Shown: positions 17,662 through 17,702 of the stretch, piece after piece
Position numbering within the stretch: position 1 is the first letter of the stretch
Layout: every line of letters starts with the position of its first letter
NCBI GenBank assembly: GCA_046581755.1
Contig: JAYGFR010000295.1
Location: 1 to 17,702, forward strand
Reading direction: 5' to 3'
DNA: 17,702 bases
Source: Nitrospinota bacterium
GTDB taxonomy: Bacteria > UBA8248
The notes under the pieces: model-generated
Databases searched by the model: none
Told to the model about the DNA's origin: nothing
What the model saw: only the letters and a program-made list of their open reading frames with translations
Made by a program: the position numbers and the translations under genes

Positions 17662-17702
17662 TATATGAAGTCTATCGGACAACAAGCGAACCTCATTATC
17701 GA

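Overview
GC-rich bacterial chromosomal window in which host genes are interleaved with two minus-strand blocks of phage-derived morphogenesis genes. Host genes: a frameshifted TldD-family protease running off the left edge, a GAF-PP2C (RsbU-like) phosphatase, a CdaA-YbbR diadenylate cyclase fusion, an LLM oxidoreductase, a VOC protein, an FGE/SUMF1-domain protein, glnK-amtB, an SDR and a mandelate-racemase-family enzyme. Phage blocks: a GpA-like large terminase plus portal (13465-10538) and a tail-tip/LamG, fibre and chaperone module (5706-2393). They keep canonical tailed-phage order, but about 4.8 kb of host genes sits where capsid, neck, tube and tape-measure genes would be, and no integrase or small terminase is visible. 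This fits either a dispersed, domesticated GTA-like system or a decaying prophage. Many genes carry lesions: nine resolvable frameshifts that are all single-base losses, two TGG->TAG changes in a CCTGG context, and apparent in-frame deletions. Sequencing artefact cannot be separated from real decay without reads. Also present: a promoter/terminator-bounded structured ~460-nt intergenic segment with a duplicated motif, and a MITE-like element that supplies the stop codon of the last gene. All family calls come from motif recognition by eye, not database searches.
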